Notes: a model not told the origin generated them from the sequence alone. 64,000 nucleotides of DNA from an uncultured cyanobacterium (GCA_963697335.1 CAVONQ010000018.1:128001-192000), one strand, 5' to 3'; positions 1 through 13,482 are shown, numbered from the stretch's first letter. Program-made: numbers and translations.

Positions 1-1604
1 GCGCTATAGGGCGTGTCGTCGTGCTCGTTGCTGAGGCCCCAGCTCCAGAACACCGTGCCGGCGCCGAACACCAGCGCACCGCTCTCGGCGCGGTAGAGGG
101 AGAGGTTGTGGGTGGCGACGCCAGGGGCACCGCGGTTGCCCTGGTCAAAGACGATCGAACTCCACGGAATCGTGGTTTCGGAGAGCTTGATCAGGCCAGC
201 AGGGCGCGAGTCGCCCTCGGGTGACGTGTTCCACTCGTAGCCGAGGATGCCTGGTGCCAGGTCAAAGGCACCGTCATCGGCGGCTTCCGTGTCGCGCCAG
301 AATCTCAAGCCTGCGAAGGAGGCCGGGATATCCAGGGCACCTCCAAACTCGCCGGTTCCATCGGGGCCAAAGAGCTGCCCCGTTAAGGATGTCTCAGCGC
401 AGTTGCAGGTTGATCGCAACCCTGTGATGGAATCAAAGTAGGTTGGGCCACCGGCGATCAGGTTGCCTTCAGCGTCGACCGAATTGTGAAAGCGGGTGTC
501 ACGCCAGGTTCCTGTCCAGATGTTGGAAGGATCGATATTGGCATAGTCTTCTGGGAGTGCATAGGGATCGCTGTTGGCAAATGTTTCTTTGTAGGTGACA
601 AGGGTACGATGGCTGTCGCCATCGTCGGCGATGCTCGACTCCCAGCGGGTTTTCCAATAAACCTCATTCCCACTCCAAAACAGCAGGTTGACCCCGGCAT
701 CACGCGCCTCCTCAACATTGATCCGCTGATCTCCGGACCAGTACTCATCATGCCCTACAGAGATGAAAGCGTTATAGTTCTTCAGGTAGTCTGCGCCAAG
801 GCGATCAGCGTCAACCCCTGAGATGTAAGAAATATCATAGCCATTCTTTTCCAGCCAGTAGATGGCGGCGTAGTCTGCGCCGAAAAGATAATCATGAGGC
901 CCTGAAGCAACGCTGGTGCCGTTGCGTGTGATGAACGGCCTGTTGTAGCTGACAGCGTAGGCCCGGTTCTTGCCAAGCTGGCCCTCGCTCAGAATCGGAG
1001 TGCGATTGATGAGCCCTGCGACGTCACCGTAGAGGTTCGGACCATCAAAATTACTGTTGCCGAGCTCTCCAGCCCAGCCGTTGTAGGCCTGCCAGGTCGT
1101 GTCTGACGTCTGCAGCACGATGTCAGCGGCGAGGCCATCGTTGCGAACGATGAAGGGGATCTGATTCGCTTCGTCTGCTATCGCCTCGCCATTTTCGTCC
1201 AGGCGTTGCACACGGGCGAGGTAGACGCCCGACACTGCGTCTGGAGGCACATCCCAACTGTCTGTGACGAGCCAGTTGCCGGCATCCACGAGGCCAAGAT
1301 CCGGGTCGTAGAGAGGAAGTTCCTGATCCACCGCATTGGTGTTCAGGAGTTCAGCGACAACGCGTGCCCCCGCACCGCCGTAGTGGCCAAGTCGGAAAAT
1401 CTCTATCCGGTAATCGCTTTCGGCACCATTATTGACATTGATCTTGAAGTCAACAGTCCCACCTGCATTGACGCTGATGTCGGTCGTGAAGCCTTCAATC
1501 GCTGTGCTGTGGGGAACATCCCAGTAGCCCCGCGTCAAGGGATCGCCATTGGGCGTCGTCAGCCCTGCCGTCTGGGCATTTTCGATAACGATCCTGTTGC
1601 TCAT
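1..1604 (-). CDS. N,N-dimethylformamidase large (beta) subunit-like protein (DUF6605-type), 3' end outside window
   Basis: Not in the ORF track because it has no stop in the window. Manual translation from ATG 1604 is open to base 1: MSNRIVIENAQ...IEGFTTDISVNAG...IFRLGHYGGAGAR...DAVSGVYLAR...QTSDTTWQAYN...NLY...VSYNRPF...SVGHDEYWS...SGNEVYWKTRWE...LGYEW...GALVFGAGTVFWSWGL. Confidence 0.85.
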   Translation of the reverse strand, partial: MSNRIVIENAQTAGLTTPNGDPLTRGYWDVPHSTAIEGFTTDISVNAGGTVDFKINVNNGAESDYRIEIFRLGHYGGAGARVVAELLNTNAVDQELPLYDPDLGLVDAGNWLVTDSWDVPPDAVSGVYLARVQRLDENGEAIADEANQIPFIVRNDGLAADIVLQTSDTTWQAYNGWAGELGNSNFDGPNLYGDVAGLINRTPILSEGQLGKNRAYAVSYNRPFITRNGTSVASGPHDYLFGADYAAIYWLEKNGYDISYISGVDADRLGADYLKNYNAFISVGHDEYWSGDQRINVEEARDAGVNLLFWSGNEVYWKTRWESSIADDGDSHRTLVTYKETFANSDPYALPEDYANIDPSNIWTGTWRDTRFHNSVDAEGNLIAGGPTYFDSITGLRSTCNCAETSLTGQLFGPDGTGEFGGALDIPASFAGLRFWRDTEAADDGAFDLAPGILGYEWNTSPEGDSRPAGLIKLSETTIPWSSIVFDQGNRGAPGVATHNLSLYRAESGALVFGAGTVFWSWGLSNEHDDTPYS

Positions 1605-1676
1605 GATGCATCTCCAGTGACGTAGATAGATTTCCTCAGTTCGGCTCCAGTGCCTTGGCCGAGTGATCAGACGGGT

Positions 1677-2837
1677 TTAACCGGTGCGTATGAGACAGGC
1701 ATCGAGGCCGGCCGACAGGTCTGCCTGATCGAGACCAGTCCCGATAAACACCAGTTCCTGGCGTCTGTCTCCGTGCGGTTCTTGCCAGTCGCGACGGATG
1801 CGAGCCACGGTCGCTGTGTCCTGGGGCCAGACCGAGCGTGGAGTGGCGGCCCACCAACGCCCAAAGGGCTTGAATGACCCCATGCAGCCGGCCAGGCTGA
1901 ATTGCAGAGCCAAGCTGGGCTCACCGGCCACCCAGCAGTGGCCCTTGGCGCGGATCACCCCAGACAGGGGCCCGCTCAGCATGTGCTGAAGCTGCTCCAG
2001 GTCGAATGGATCGCGCGCGCGATAGACGAAGGATGTGATGTTGTGCGTTTCCGTTTCTGGCCGATGCTCCGCGAAACCATGCAGTTCTCGAAACCAGAGC
2101 GCGTTGCGGCGGGCCTGCTCAAAACTGAAATGCCCGGTGCGGAGAACATGCGTGAGTGCTACATCGCCGTAGTTGGCCTTGATCAGTTGTGCTGTGGGAT
2201 TGAGGCTCCGAATCACGCGAGTGGCGATCGCGACTCGCTCAGACCCGGCAGCGGTCACCTTATTTAGAATAATCACATCAGCGAATTCAATCTGGTCGAC
2301 CAGTAGTTCCACCAGGGTCCGATCATCCACCTCATCCCGAGGTTGATCGCGATCCCGCAGCAGGTCTCGACACCGATAGTTCTCAAGTAGGTTCACGGCA
2401 TCGACCACGGTGACCATGGTGTCGAGACGTGCGACGTCACTCAGGCTGGCTCCGTTCTCGTCACGAAAGTCAAAGGTTGCTGCTACTGGCAAAGGCTCCG
2501 AAATGCCTGTGGATTCAATGACCAGATCGTCGAAGCGGCCGAGTTCAGCTAGGCGGCGAACCTCGCTCAGCAGGTCGCCACGCAAGGTGCAACAGATGCA
2601 GCCATTGGTTAACTCAACTAGTGTCTCATCGGTGTGGTTGAATCCGTCGCTGTCCTGGCGAACCAGATCGGCATCGATGTTCACTTCTGACATGTCATTC
2701 ACGATCACCGCGACCTGTCGTCCCTCTCTGTTGTTGAGAATGTGATTGAGCAGGCTCGTTTTTCCGGCACCCAGAAATCCCGACAACACTGTGACAGATA
2801 GACGCTTTGATCCTGTTGGTTCGATGTCTTTTTGCAT
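1677..2837 (-). CDS. COG0523 (CobW/ZigA/YciC family) G3E GTPase metallochaperone
   Basis: Walker [14 protein letters not shown] metal motif, IESTG, NK motif, CobW C-terminal IRAKG...RQELVFIG. Confidence 0.93.
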   Translation of the reverse strand: MQKDIEPTGSKRLSVTVLSGFLGAGKTSLLNHILNNREGRQVAVIVNDMSEVNIDADLVRQDSDGFNHTDETLVELTNGCICCTLRGDLLSEVRRLAELGRFDDLVIESTGISEPLPVAATFDFRDENGASLSDVARLDTMVTVVDAVNLLENYRCRDLLRDRDQPRDEVDDRTLVELLVDQIEFADVIILNKVTAAGSERVAIATRVIRSLNPTAQLIKANYGDVALTHVLRTGHFSFEQARRNALWFRELHGFAEHRPETETHNITSFVYRARDPFDLEQLQHMLSGPLSGVIRAKGHCWVAGEPSLALQFSLAGCMGSFKPFGRWWAATPRSVWPQDTATVARIRRDWQEPHGDRRQELVFIGTGLDQADLSAGLDACLIRTG

Positions 2838-3113
2838 CGTGGTTGGACTCTTGCTATTGGACGCCAGGATTGCTCTGAGGGAGGGGACCCTTGAAGCCGG
2901 CAGACTGGGCTACGCCAGCGTCGTCAGCACAGCATCCCTGCCTTAGGCTTCGTCCCTAAGGCGATAGAAATCGCGGCAAACCTCCATCAGCTTGTTCGTG
3001 GCCGTGCAGAACTTTCAATCCGCCGCCAAGAGTCTGCGCGTTTCTGCTCTTGATGCGCAGCTTCTAAAGCCTTTGTGTCGTGGCGTTGCGCTCCGGCCAG
3101 CCCGGGGCTCCTC

Positions 3114-4832
<1,719 letters not shown>

Positions 4833-4893
4833 GGCGGCGGACGCAAGGACGGCTGTTGGCTGGGTCAGTCAGGCGGGGACGCCGGCTCGGCGA

Positions 4894-5211
4894 CTAGTCG
4901 AGGGGCCCGTTGACGAGGCCGTTGAAGCCCATCACCCGGCGCTGGCCGGCGAAGGGCACCAGGTTCACCTCGCGGCTGTCGCCCGGCTCGAAGCGAATCG
5001 CCGTGCCGGCAGGGATGTCCAGCCGCAGGCCGCGGGCGGCGTCCCTGTCGAAGCGCAGGGCGTCGTTGGCCTCCTGGAAGTGAAAGTGGGAGCCCACCTG
5101 CACGGGCCGGTCGCCGCTGTTGGCCACCAGCAGGGTGGTGACGGGGCGGCCGGCGTTGAGCTCGATCTCCCCGGGTTCGGGGAACAGTTCGCCGGGGATC
5201 AGGGGGGGCAT
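4894..5211 (-). CDS. ureB: urease subunit beta
   Basis: [28 protein letters not shown]. Confidence 0.98.
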   Translation of the reverse strand: MPPLIPGELFPEPGEIELNAGRPVTTLLVANSGDRPVQVGSHFHFQEANDALRFDRDAARGLRLDIPAGTAIRFEPGDSREVNLVPFAGQRRVMGFNGLVNGPLD

Positions 5212-5230
5212 GGCAGCTGGGCGGACGGGG

Positions 5231-5533
5231 TCAGCGGATGGGGTCGTGCAAGGTCACCAGCTTGGTGCCATCGGGGAAGACGGCCTCGATCTGCACCTCC
5301 TGCACCAGTTCCGGCACCCCCTCCATCACCTGGTCGCGGCTCAGCCACGTGGTGCCCTCGCCCATCAGGGCGGCCACGGTCTTGCCGTCGCGGGCCCCCT
5401 CCAACACCTGGAAGCTCAGCCAGGCCACAGCCTCGGGATAGTTGAGCCTCAGGCCGCGGTTCAGGCGCCGCTCCGCCAGCAGGGCGGCGGTCACGATCAG
5501 GAGCTTGTCCTTCTCCTGGGGGGTGAGGTGCAT
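5231..5533 (-). CDS. ureA: urease subunit gamma
   Basis: [11 protein letters not shown]...LNYPEA...[14 protein letters not shown]; 100 aa from ATG 5533. Confidence 0.98.
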   Translation of the reverse strand: MHLTPQEKDKLLIVTAALLAERRLNRGLRLNYPEAVAWLSFQVLEGARDGKTVAALMGEGTTWLSRDQVMEGVPELVQEVQIEAVFPDGTKLVTLHDPIR

Positions 5534-5570
5534 GATTCCACTCTGGCAGGGATGGCGGCGTGCGACCTGT

Positions 5571-6539
5571 TCAGCTCGAACCGCAGCCAAGCCGCTGGGG
5601 TGGTTGCGGCAGTCCGTGCAGGTCGGCCAGGGGCCGTTCCTGGAACGGCCACACCCGGGGGATCTGGGGGGCTGGGTGGCCACCGGCCTGGCGTACTGCA
5701 GCCCAGATTCGGGTGAACCAGAACCGGGCGGCCTGGCTGGAGGGTCCTCGGTAGCGGGCGATCAGGCCCGACTCCAGCAGACCGCAGGCCATGGTTCCGT
5801 CCAGATCCGAGCGGCTCTGCCGCGCCTGCTCCAGCACGGCCCCGCGCAGCGAGGCGTCCAGATGGCGCGGGGCGATCCACACCAGGGTGCCGAACACCGG
5901 CTGGCCCGCCATGCCGTGTTCTCCCCCCAGGGTGCCGCCATCGAGACGGATGGCGTCGACCAGTTTCCAGGGGTTGTGCAAGCCACTCGGGCGAGAGATC
6001 TCCAGTCGTGAGAGCCAGCAGCCCTCCCCCAGGTCTTCCCCGGCGGCGCTGCGGCCCAGCCGCACCACGTCGGTGGCGAGGAACCCGGCGCCGTCGGCCA
6101 TCCGCACCTGCACCTGCTGCTCCAGCAGGGCGCCGGCATACAACACCAGCTCCTGTGGCATCCAGTCGAGCTGGCTGCTGTCCTCCACGTCAAAGCTGAG
6201 CACCTGCCGGGCCCATCGCCCCTGGGGCTGGGCGTGAAAGCGGCCGACGGATCCGTACACCTTCTGGGCGGCCACGCTGGTGAGCAGCGCATGGGCTGCG
6301 TTGCGGCTTCGCACCCTCAGCTCAAGCTGGTCGCCGCCCACCAGGCCGCCGGCGGTGTGCAGCAGCGGCAATTCCAGCGAGCCATCCTCGTGGTGGGTGG
6401 CCCGCTGCCATTTCAGCGGCGCCGCCGCGCCCGCCTGGAAGGAAACCCGGTTGCCGGGCCTGGCCGGACCGGGTCGATCCAGGTCCAGCCAGGCCTCGGC
6501 CTGCCAGTTGGAACCCGCGGGCCCCTCCGTGACTCCCAT
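5571..6539 (-). CDS. ureD: urease accessory protein UreD
   Basis: [27 protein letters not shown]; directly upstream of ureA. Confidence 0.93.
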   Translation of the reverse strand: MGVTEGPAGSNWQAEAWLDLDRPGPARPGNRVSFQAGAAAPLKWQRATHHEDGSLELPLLHTAGGLVGGDQLELRVRSRNAAHALLTSVAAQKVYGSVGRFHAQPQGRWARQVLSFDVEDSSQLDWMPQELVLYAGALLEQQVQVRMADGAGFLATDVVRLGRSAAGEDLGEGCWLSRLEISRPSGLHNPWKLVDAIRLDGGTLGGEHGMAGQPVFGTLVWIAPRHLDASLRGAVLEQARQSRSDLDGTMACGLLESGLIARYRGPSSQAARFWFTRIWAAVRQAGGHPAPQIPRVWPFQERPLADLHGLPQPPQRLGCGSS

Positions 6540-6784
6540 CTGCCCAGTCCAGCGCTCTTCCTAGGGTGGCGCCTGGGCCCGGTGATCACCATGGGCCGGG
6601 CCGTGGGGCGGGCCATGGGGCGGGACGGCATCTGGATCGGGATCCTGGCCTCCCTGCCGGAGGGCGGGGGCCTTTCCCGCAGCCTGCGCCTGCGGCTGTT
6701 GGAGTCAAAATGGGTGGGCAGCCCCTGCCGCCGACCTACTTGATTCCGGCCCCGCTCCCCACTCCCTGATGAATCCCTGCTGCC

Positions 6785-7312
6785 GTGGCTGAAGCGTTTC
6801 CCCGGGCCCTGCACCTCACGGCCCGCCAGCCCTCCAGGCCGGCCAACCTGAGCCAGCACTGGAGCCTGGCGCTGCGGGCCGATGAGCGCAGCCAGCTGCG
6901 AGCACGGCGCGTGTGTGAGGACGGCCAGGAGGTGCTGCTCCAGCTCCCCCGCCAGGAGCCCCTGCGGCCAGGGGAGTGGCTGCTGCCGGTGGGCGACGGG
7001 GACTCCGCGGTGGCTGTGGAGGTGCTGGCGGCGGCGGAAGCCTTGCTGGAGATCCGCTCACACGACAGGCTGGCCCTGATGCAGGCGGCCTATCACCTGG
7101 GCAACCGCCACGTGGCCTTGGAGATCCAGGCCGATCGCCTGCTCCTGCTCGACGACAGCGTGTTGGCCGATCTGCTCGCGCGGCGGGGCCTGGTTGTGGA
7201 GCGGCTGCTGGCGCCGTTCTGCCCGGAGTCCGGGGCCTATGGGGGCAGCGGCCCGTCCCACCACCATTCCCCCCTTCCTGCGGAGGGCCACGCGCACCAC
7301 CATGGTTCCTGA
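6785..7312 (+). CDS. ureE: urease accessory Ni chaperone UreE
   Basis: AAYHLGNRH, PESGAY and a His-rich tail. Confidence 0.95.
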   Translation: MAEAFPRALHLTARQPSRPANLSQHWSLALRADERSQLRARRVCEDGQEVLLQLPRQEPLRPGEWLLPVGDGDSAVAVEVLAAAEALLEIRSHDRLALMQAAYHLGNRHVALEIQADRLLLLDDSVLADLLARRGLVVERLLAPFCPESGAYGGSGPSHHHSPLPAEGHAHHHGS

Positions 7313-8027
7313 GTCTGAGCTTGTGTCTGGGTCTGCGGAGGCCCGGCTGCGTCTGTGGCAGCTGGTGAGCCCCGCCCTGCCGGTGGGGGGCTTCAGCTAT
7401 TCCGAAGGGCTGGAGGTGTTGGTGCAGGCCGGCGATCTGGCCGACGCACCTGGCCTGCTGGCCTGGCTGGAGGCAGAGCTGGACCGGGGCACTCTCACCC
7501 TGGAGACAGCCGCCCTGGCGGGGCTGCGCCAGCAGCTGACGCGCTGGCGCGAGGGTGCGGTGGCCGACGGCGTCGCCGCGGTGGCCGATCTCGATGGCTG
7601 GCTGCTGGCCCAGCGGGAGGCGCCGGAGGTGCGCGCCCAGCAGCGCCAGATGGGAGCGTCCCTGCTGCAGCTGCTGGGCGACCTGGGCTGGCCCCTGCCG
7701 CAGCCGGAATCCGGCCCGCCACCGCCAGTCCTGGCCTGGCCGGCGGCCTTCGCCTGGGCGGGCCTCTGTCTGGAGATCGGCTCGCCAGAACTGGAGGAGG
7801 CCTATCTCTACGCCTGGACGGCCAACCAGATCAGCGCCGCCGTGCGCCTGGTGCCCCTGGGGGCCACCGAGGGGCAGCGGCTGCAGCTGCAGCTGGCCCC
7901 CCGGATCGCGCGCCGGGCGGCGGAGCTGGCGGTGGCCGACCCCCGCCAGCTGTGGACAGGTGGGGTGGGTGCCGGTCTGGCCCAGCTGCGCCATGCTGAG
8001 CTGTACTCCCGGTTGTTCAGAAGCTGA
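7302..8027 (+). CDS. ureF: urease accessory protein UreF
   Basis: [17 protein letters not shown]-terminal [11 protein letters not shown]. Confidence 0.95.
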   Translation: MVPESELVSGSAEARLRLWQLVSPALPVGGFSYSEGLEVLVQAGDLADAPGLLAWLEAELDRGTLTLETAALAGLRQQLTRWREGAVADGVAAVADLDGWLLAQREAPEVRAQQRQMGASLLQLLGDLGWPLPQPESGPPPPVLAWPAAFAWAGLCLEIGSPELEEAYLYAWTANQISAAVRLVPLGATEGQRLQLQLAPRIARRAAELAVADPRQLWTGGVGAGLAQLRHAELYSRLFRS

Positions 8028-8035
8028 GCGGCGCG

Positions 8036-8635
8036 ATGAGCAAGCTGCGCGTGGGTGTGGCCGGGCCGGTGGGCTCCGGCAAGACGGCCCTGGTGGAAGC
8101 CCTCTGCCGGCGGCTGCGCGACCGCCTGCAGCTGGCGGTGGTCACCAACGACATCTATACCCAGGAGGACGCCCAGTTCCTCACCCGCGCCGGTGCCCTC
8201 GCGCCCGAGCGCATCCGTGGCGTGGAAACGGGCGGCTGCCCCCACACCGCCATCCGCGAGGACTGCTCGATCAACCGGGCGGCGGTGGCCGAGCTGGAGG
8301 CGGCCTTCCCCGACCTGGACCTGGTGCTGGTGGAGAGCGGCGGCGACAACCTGGCTGCCAGCTTCAGCCCCGAGCTGGTGGACCTGTGCATCTATGTGAT
8401 CGACGTGGCCGCCGGGGACAAGATCCCCCGCAAGGGGGGGCCCGGCATCACCCGTTCCGACCTGCTGGTGATCAACAAGATTGACTTGGCGCCGATGGTG
8501 GGCGCCAGCCTGGCGGTGATGGAGGCCGACACCGAGCGCATGCGTCCAGGCCGCCCCTGGTGTTTCACCAATATTCGCAGTGGAAAAGGGGTCGAGGCCG
8601 TGGAGGAATTTCTGCTGCAACAGCTACCGGGCTGA
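8036..8635 (+). CDS. ureG: urease accessory GTPase UreG
   Basis: [24 protein letters not shown]. Confidence 0.98.
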   Translation: MSKLRVGVAGPVGSGKTALVEALCRRLRDRLQLAVVTNDIYTQEDAQFLTRAGALAPERIRGVETGGCPHTAIREDCSINRAAVAELEAAFPDLDLVLVESGGDNLAASFSPELVDLCIYVIDVAAGDKIPRKGGPGITRSDLLVINKIDLAPMVGASLAVMEADTERMRPGRPWCFTNIRSGKGVEAVEEFLLQQLPG

Positions 8636-8664
8636 GCCCTGGCCGCCCGTCTCGACCGCTGGAT

Positions 8665-8726
8665 TGTGGTTGATTTAACAAAGGGTGGCGGTTACTACAA
8701 GTGGGGGTCCACGGTATGGATAGCTT
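8665..8726 (+). promoter_or_regulatory. NtcA-activated promoter of urtA with tandem NtcA-like boxes
   Basis: TGT-N10-ACA at 8665-8680. GTG-N8-TAC at 8685-8698 is followed after 22 nt by TAGCTT (TAN3T -10) at 8721-8726. Confidence 0.7.
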
Positions 8727-8780
8727 TTGGCCCACCGCTCTGAAGGAGCGGACCTTTGGTCGGGAATCCCCAGAGCTTTG

Positions 8781-10089
8781 ATGAAACCCTCCTTTTTGCG
8801 CGGCGCCCTGTCGCAGCGTTCCCCCCTGCGGCTGGTGGCCGGCACAACGGCCCTGACACTCTCGTTCTCGCTAGTGGCCTGCGGCGGAGGTGAACAAGCC
8901 GCTGGAGATTTCGATGGTGAGGTGAAGGTTGGGATCCTTCACTCCCGTTCCGGCACGATGGCCATCTCCGAGAACACGGTGGCCGAAGCTGAGTTGATGG
9001 CCATCGAAGAGATCAATGCCAAGGGCGGCATCACGATCGATGGCAAGAAGCTCAAGATTGTGCCCATCGAGGAGGACGGCGCCTCGGATTGGCCCACCTT
9101 CGCCGAGAAGGCCAAGAAGCTGATCGATCAAGATCAGGTGGCCGTTGTGTTCGGAGGCTGGACTTCGGCCAGCCGCAAGGCCATGCTGCCGGTCTTCGAA
9201 GCCAAGGATCATTTCCTGTTCTACCCCATCCAGTATGAGGGCCAGGAATGCTCCAAAAACATCTTCTACAGCGGTGCTACCCCCAACCAGCAGGCTGAGC
9301 CCGCCGTGTCCTGGCTGCTGCAGAGACAAGGGAAAGGACTTCTTCCTGGTGGGTTCGGACTATGTCTATCCCCGAACGGCCAACACGATCATCAAGGAGC
9401 AGCTCAAGGCTGAGGGTGGCAACCTAGTGGGTGAGGACTATCTCCCCCTCGGTAATACCGAAGTGGCACCGATCATCGCCAAGATCAAGCAGGCTCTGCC
9501 CAATGGTGGCGTGATCGTTAACACGCTCAACGGTGACAGCAATGTGGCCTTCTTCAAGCAGCTGAAGGCGGCTGGCATCACCCCGGCCAATGGTTACGCG
9601 ATCATGAGCTTCTCGATCGCCGAGGAGGAGGTGGCTGCCATCGGCCCCGAGTACCTTGAGGGCACCTTCGCCGCCTGGAACTTCTTCCAGAGCCTCGACA
9701 CGCCGGCCTCCAAGAAGTTCACTGAAGACTTCAAAGCCAAGTATGGGGAGAACCGGGTGACCAATGACCCGGCCGAATCCGCTTACAATATGGTTTACCT
9801 GTGGGCCAAGGGTGCCGAGAAGGCTAACAGCGTGGACGACAACAAGGTGCGTGAAGCGCTGATCGGCGTGACCTTTGACGCTCCTCAGGGTCCGATTGAA
9901 GTGCAGCCCAACCACCACACCACCGAGCTGGTGATGATCGGGGAGGTGCAGAGCGATGGCATGTTCAAGATCATCGAGAACAAAGGGATCGTCAAGCCGC
10001 TGGCCTGGAACCAGTTCGTGCCGGAAACCAAGGGTTACACCTGCGACTGGACCCAGGATCGCCCCGACGCCGGCAAGTTCAAGCTGTGA
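8781..10089 (+). pseudogene. urtA: urea ABC transporter substrate-binding lipoprotein; one frameshift near 9320 (possibly a sequencing error)
   Basis: LVACG lipobox, [31 protein letters not shown] in the first frame; [19 protein letters not shown] continues in a second frame. Confidence 0.9.
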
Positions 10090-10092
10090 TTC

Positions 10093-10125
10093 GAGGGGGG
10101 GGAGATCTTCAGGCCTTCCCCCCTC
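10093..10125 (+). terminator. GC-rich hairpin after urtA (terminator or mRNA-stabilising stem)
   Basis: GAGGGGGGGGA...TTCCCCCCTC inverted repeat just after the urtA stop; no U-tract. Confidence 0.4.
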
Positions 10126-10300
10126 CCAAATTCTGAGGCCACTTCTGCGGAGTCGTCAGACTCCACATCTGCAGTCCCAGCCATCGGCAGGGTCTGGCCA
10201 TGGTGCGTCCTGATCGTCCCCGAGTCTGCCGTTTCCACTCCACCACCTCTCAGGTCCGGATCACTTTCCGGACCCTGACCTATCGTCACCGTGATTTCCG

Positions 10301-11458
10301 TTGGAACTTTTCTTTTCTCAGATCCTCGACGGTCTCAGCATCGGATCGGTGCTGCTACTGGCGGCAACCGGACTGGCCATCGTCTTCGGCCTGATGGGCG
10401 TGATCAATCTCGCCCATGGCGAGCTGATGATGCTCGGTGCCTACGTCACCTATGTCGTTCAATCCATCTTCCGTCCGATGGGCGGAATTGTCTTTGAGCT
10501 GTATTATCCCGTTGCATTGGTTCTCTCCTTCGTGGTCACGGCCCTCGTGGGCGTGCTTCTGGAGCGCACACTGATTCGCAAGCTCTACGGGAGGCCCCTG
10601 GAAACCCTGCTGGCCACCTGGGGGGTCAGCCTGATTCTGATTCAGCTGATCCGCAGCATCTCCACGGCCATGCTGCTGGGCATTCTTGTGGCCATTGCCA
10701 TCGGCTATTTCGGCAACCGTGTTCTTCGCTCCAAGATGGCGGAGAAGCCCTACCTCCCCTACGTCTCGGGGCTTTCTTGGCCATCGCCACGGTGATCGGC
10801 CTGGTCTCCGTGAATCAGTTCTCTCCAGCCGTCGTGCTTTGGCAGGTGCCTGGTTCGGGCCACGCAACATTGATGTCACGGCCCCCAAGTGGCTGCAGGG
10901 AAGCTGGGGATCGATCGCAGGAATTGAACTTCCAGGACTGCGCATCTTCATCATCCTGCTCTCCGCCGTCCTGCTGCTGGCCACGGTCTGGTTTCTGAGC
11001 AAGAGCGCTTGGGGCTGCGCATCGGGGCCGTCACCCAGAACCGTCAGATGAGCAATTGCCTGGGGATTCCAACCGACAGGGTGGACAGCATCACCTTTGG
11101 GTTGGGCTCAGGCCTGGCTGGTGTGGCGGGTTGTGCCATCACTCTGCTGGGATCGGTCGGACCCAACCTTGGGGCGGCCTACATCGTCTCATGTTTCATG
11201 GTGATCGTGCTGGGCGGTGTGGGCAATCTGCTGGGAACAGTACTCGCCTCCCTGATGCTCGGTCTCATTCAGTCGGTGGTGGGATCCGGGTCGCTTCTGA
11301 TCGTGTTCCCGGACATGCCGGCGGCAGCACGAGGGGTCATTGAATTCTTCGCTACCACGAGCATGTCGTTGGTGCTGGTCTTCATCTTCATCATTGCCTT
11401 CCTGCAGTTCCGCCCGAACGGCATGTTCCCTCAGAAAGGGAGGTCAGTTGATGCCTGA
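10301..11458 (+). pseudogene. urtB: urea ABC transporter permease; three -1 frameshifts (about 10780, 10818, 11012)
   Basis: GLAIVFGLMGVINLAHGE and YGRPLETLLATWG; later segments (AIATVIGL, WFGPRNIDV, GLRIGAVTQNR) lie in successive frames. Confidence 0.88.
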
Positions 11459-11518
11459 GTCGTCCACGCAACACCCTTGCCTACTGCCAATCCTTCTCCA
11501 GCCCTGGAGGTCCACGCC

Positions 11519-12635
11519 ATGAAGATCTTCCGACGACTCCTTCCCTGGATTCTGCTGGCCATTGCCCTGTTCATCCTGCCGGCCATTCTCAGTGACTTCC
11601 GCCTCAACCTCTTCGGCCGCTACTTCTCCCTGGCGATCACAGCCCTGGCCATCGACCTGATCTGGGGCTACACAGGACTGCTCAGCCTGGGCCAGGGCAT
11701 CTTCTTTGCACTGGGTGGGTATGCCGTGGCGATGTATCTCACGCTCAACACCGAGAGTGAGGCAGGAGGCAATGGCATTCCCAAATTCTTCGAGAACTAC
11801 GGGGTCGATCAGCTGCCGTTCTTCTGGCAACCGTTCTGGTCTCCAGTTTTCACCCTGATCGCACTTTGGTTGATTCCCGCCATCGTCGCTGGTTTTGTCG
11901 GTTATCTGATCTTCAGAAATCGGATCAAGGGCGTGTACTTCTCGATCATCACCCAGGCGGCGTTGATGGTGTTCTTCCACTTCTTCAATGGCCAGCAGAA
12001 GTTGATCAATGGCACCAATGGTTTGAAAACCAGCACGACCGAGTTGTTTGGCCAACTGGTGGGATCCAGTGATATGCAGCTGTTTTTCTATCGACTCACA
12101 GTACTTCTGATCCCGGTTGCCTTCCTTATTTGCAGATATTTTACCAATGGCCGATTTGGGGATGCCCTGATTGCCATTCGGGACGACGAGCAAAGACTCC
12201 GATTCGGCGGCTTTAATCCTGTCCCCTTCAAGACCATCGTCTTCGTCGTGGCGGGGGCTCTCTGTGGGGTCTCGGGAGCGCTTTACACCGTGCAGACCGG
12301 GATCGTCTCGCCCCAGTTCATGTCCATTTCAACGTCGATCGAGATGGTGATCTGGGTGGCGGTGGGCGGACGCGGAACTTTGGTTGGGCCGATTATCGGT
12401 GCGATTTTGGTCAATTATCTGAGAAGTCTGGTGAGCGAGGCCCTTGCCGGAGTTTTGGTTGTTTGTGCAGGGGGCTCTGTTCATCTTTGTGGTCGTCCTG
12501 ATGCCCGATGGCATCTATGGATGGTTCACAGGCGGTGGCTTCACTCGCCTGCTGGCAGCGTTCGGCATCGCACCGATGTCGCGCACCTATCCCCAGCTGG
12601 ATGAGGAGGTGGCTGCTCTCGACGATATGTCTTGA
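11519..12635 (+). pseudogene. urtC: urea ABC transporter permease; one frameshift near 12443
   Basis: DLIWGYTGLLSLGQG, IKGVYFSI, AIRDDE, VAVGGRG; the C-terminus PEFWLFVQGALF is in another frame. Confidence 0.88.
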
Positions 12636-12694
12636 GTCCCACCACTTCCAGGCGATTCAGTCAGGGATCCACCGTCCCCAGTCGTTTCCGCCGC

Positions 12695-13441
12695 ATGACC
12701 CAACCTCTTCTCGAACTCAAGGATGTGAGCGTGAGCTTTGATGGCTTCTTCGCGCTTACCGATCTCAGTCTCACCCTCATCAAGGGGGAGCTCAAGTCGA
12801 TTATCGGGCCGAATGGTGCCGGCAAGACCACGTTCCTGGACGTGATCACCGGCAAGGTTCGCCCCACCAAGGGAACGGTCAGCCTTCGAGGCCATTCGCT
12901 GGTCGGTCTCTCCGAGCAGCGGATCTCCCGTGAGGGCATCGGCCGCAAGTTTCAGACCCCACGTGTATTTGAGAACTTGACGGTTCAACGTAACTTTGAG
13001 CTGTCTGCTTCACCCCATAAGAATGCGTTTAACCTGCTGATTGATCGCTTGCCTGTTTCCGTGAAGGATGAAGTGCAACGCATCATGAACTATGTGGGGC
13101 TGGCACCCTTCGCCACCCATAGGGCCGGCTCCCTTTCCCACGGCCAGAAACAGTGGTTGGCCATTGGCATGCTGGTGGCCCAGTCCCCGGAGGTTCTGCT
13201 GCTCGATGAACCGGTGGCGGGCCTGACCGATGAGGAAACAGTGCGTACCGCCGAGTTGATCAAGTCGTTGGCAGGTGATCACACGGTGGTGGTGATCGAG
13301 CACGACATGGAGTTCATACGAGATCTCAATGCCCCAGTGACCGTTCTTCACCAAGGACAACTCCTGACGGAGGGCCCATTGGATAAGGTCAAGGAAGACC
13401 CGCGCGTGATTGAAGTGTATCTCGGTCAGTCTGAAGACTAG
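12695..13441 (+). CDS. urtD: urea ABC transporter ATP-binding protein
   Basis: GPNGAGKT, GRKFQTP, LSHGQKQWL, LLDEP. Confidence 0.95.
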   Translation: MTQPLLELKDVSVSFDGFFALTDLSLTLIKGELKSIIGPNGAGKTTFLDVITGKVRPTKGTVSLRGHSLVGLSEQRISREGIGRKFQTPRVFENLTVQRNFELSASPHKNAFNLLIDRLPVSVKDEVQRIMNYVGLAPFATHRAGSLSHGQKQWLAIGMLVAQSPEVLLLDEPVAGLTDEETVRTAELIKSLAGDHTVVVIEHDMEFIRDLNAPVTVLHQGQLLTEGPLDKVKEDPRVIEVYLGQSED

Positions 13442-13482
13442 TTGTCTCCTACCCATCCCATCCCGAGGCTCTACGAAAATCC

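Noticed and set aside
2940..2962. Hairpin GCCTTAGG/CCTAAGGC with an ACGA-containing loop on the minus strand, plus a second ACGA nearby, upstream of the COG0523 gene; considered as a guanidine-II riboswitch
   Set aside because: The loop is 7 nt rather than an ACGR tetraloop and the second stem barely pairs.
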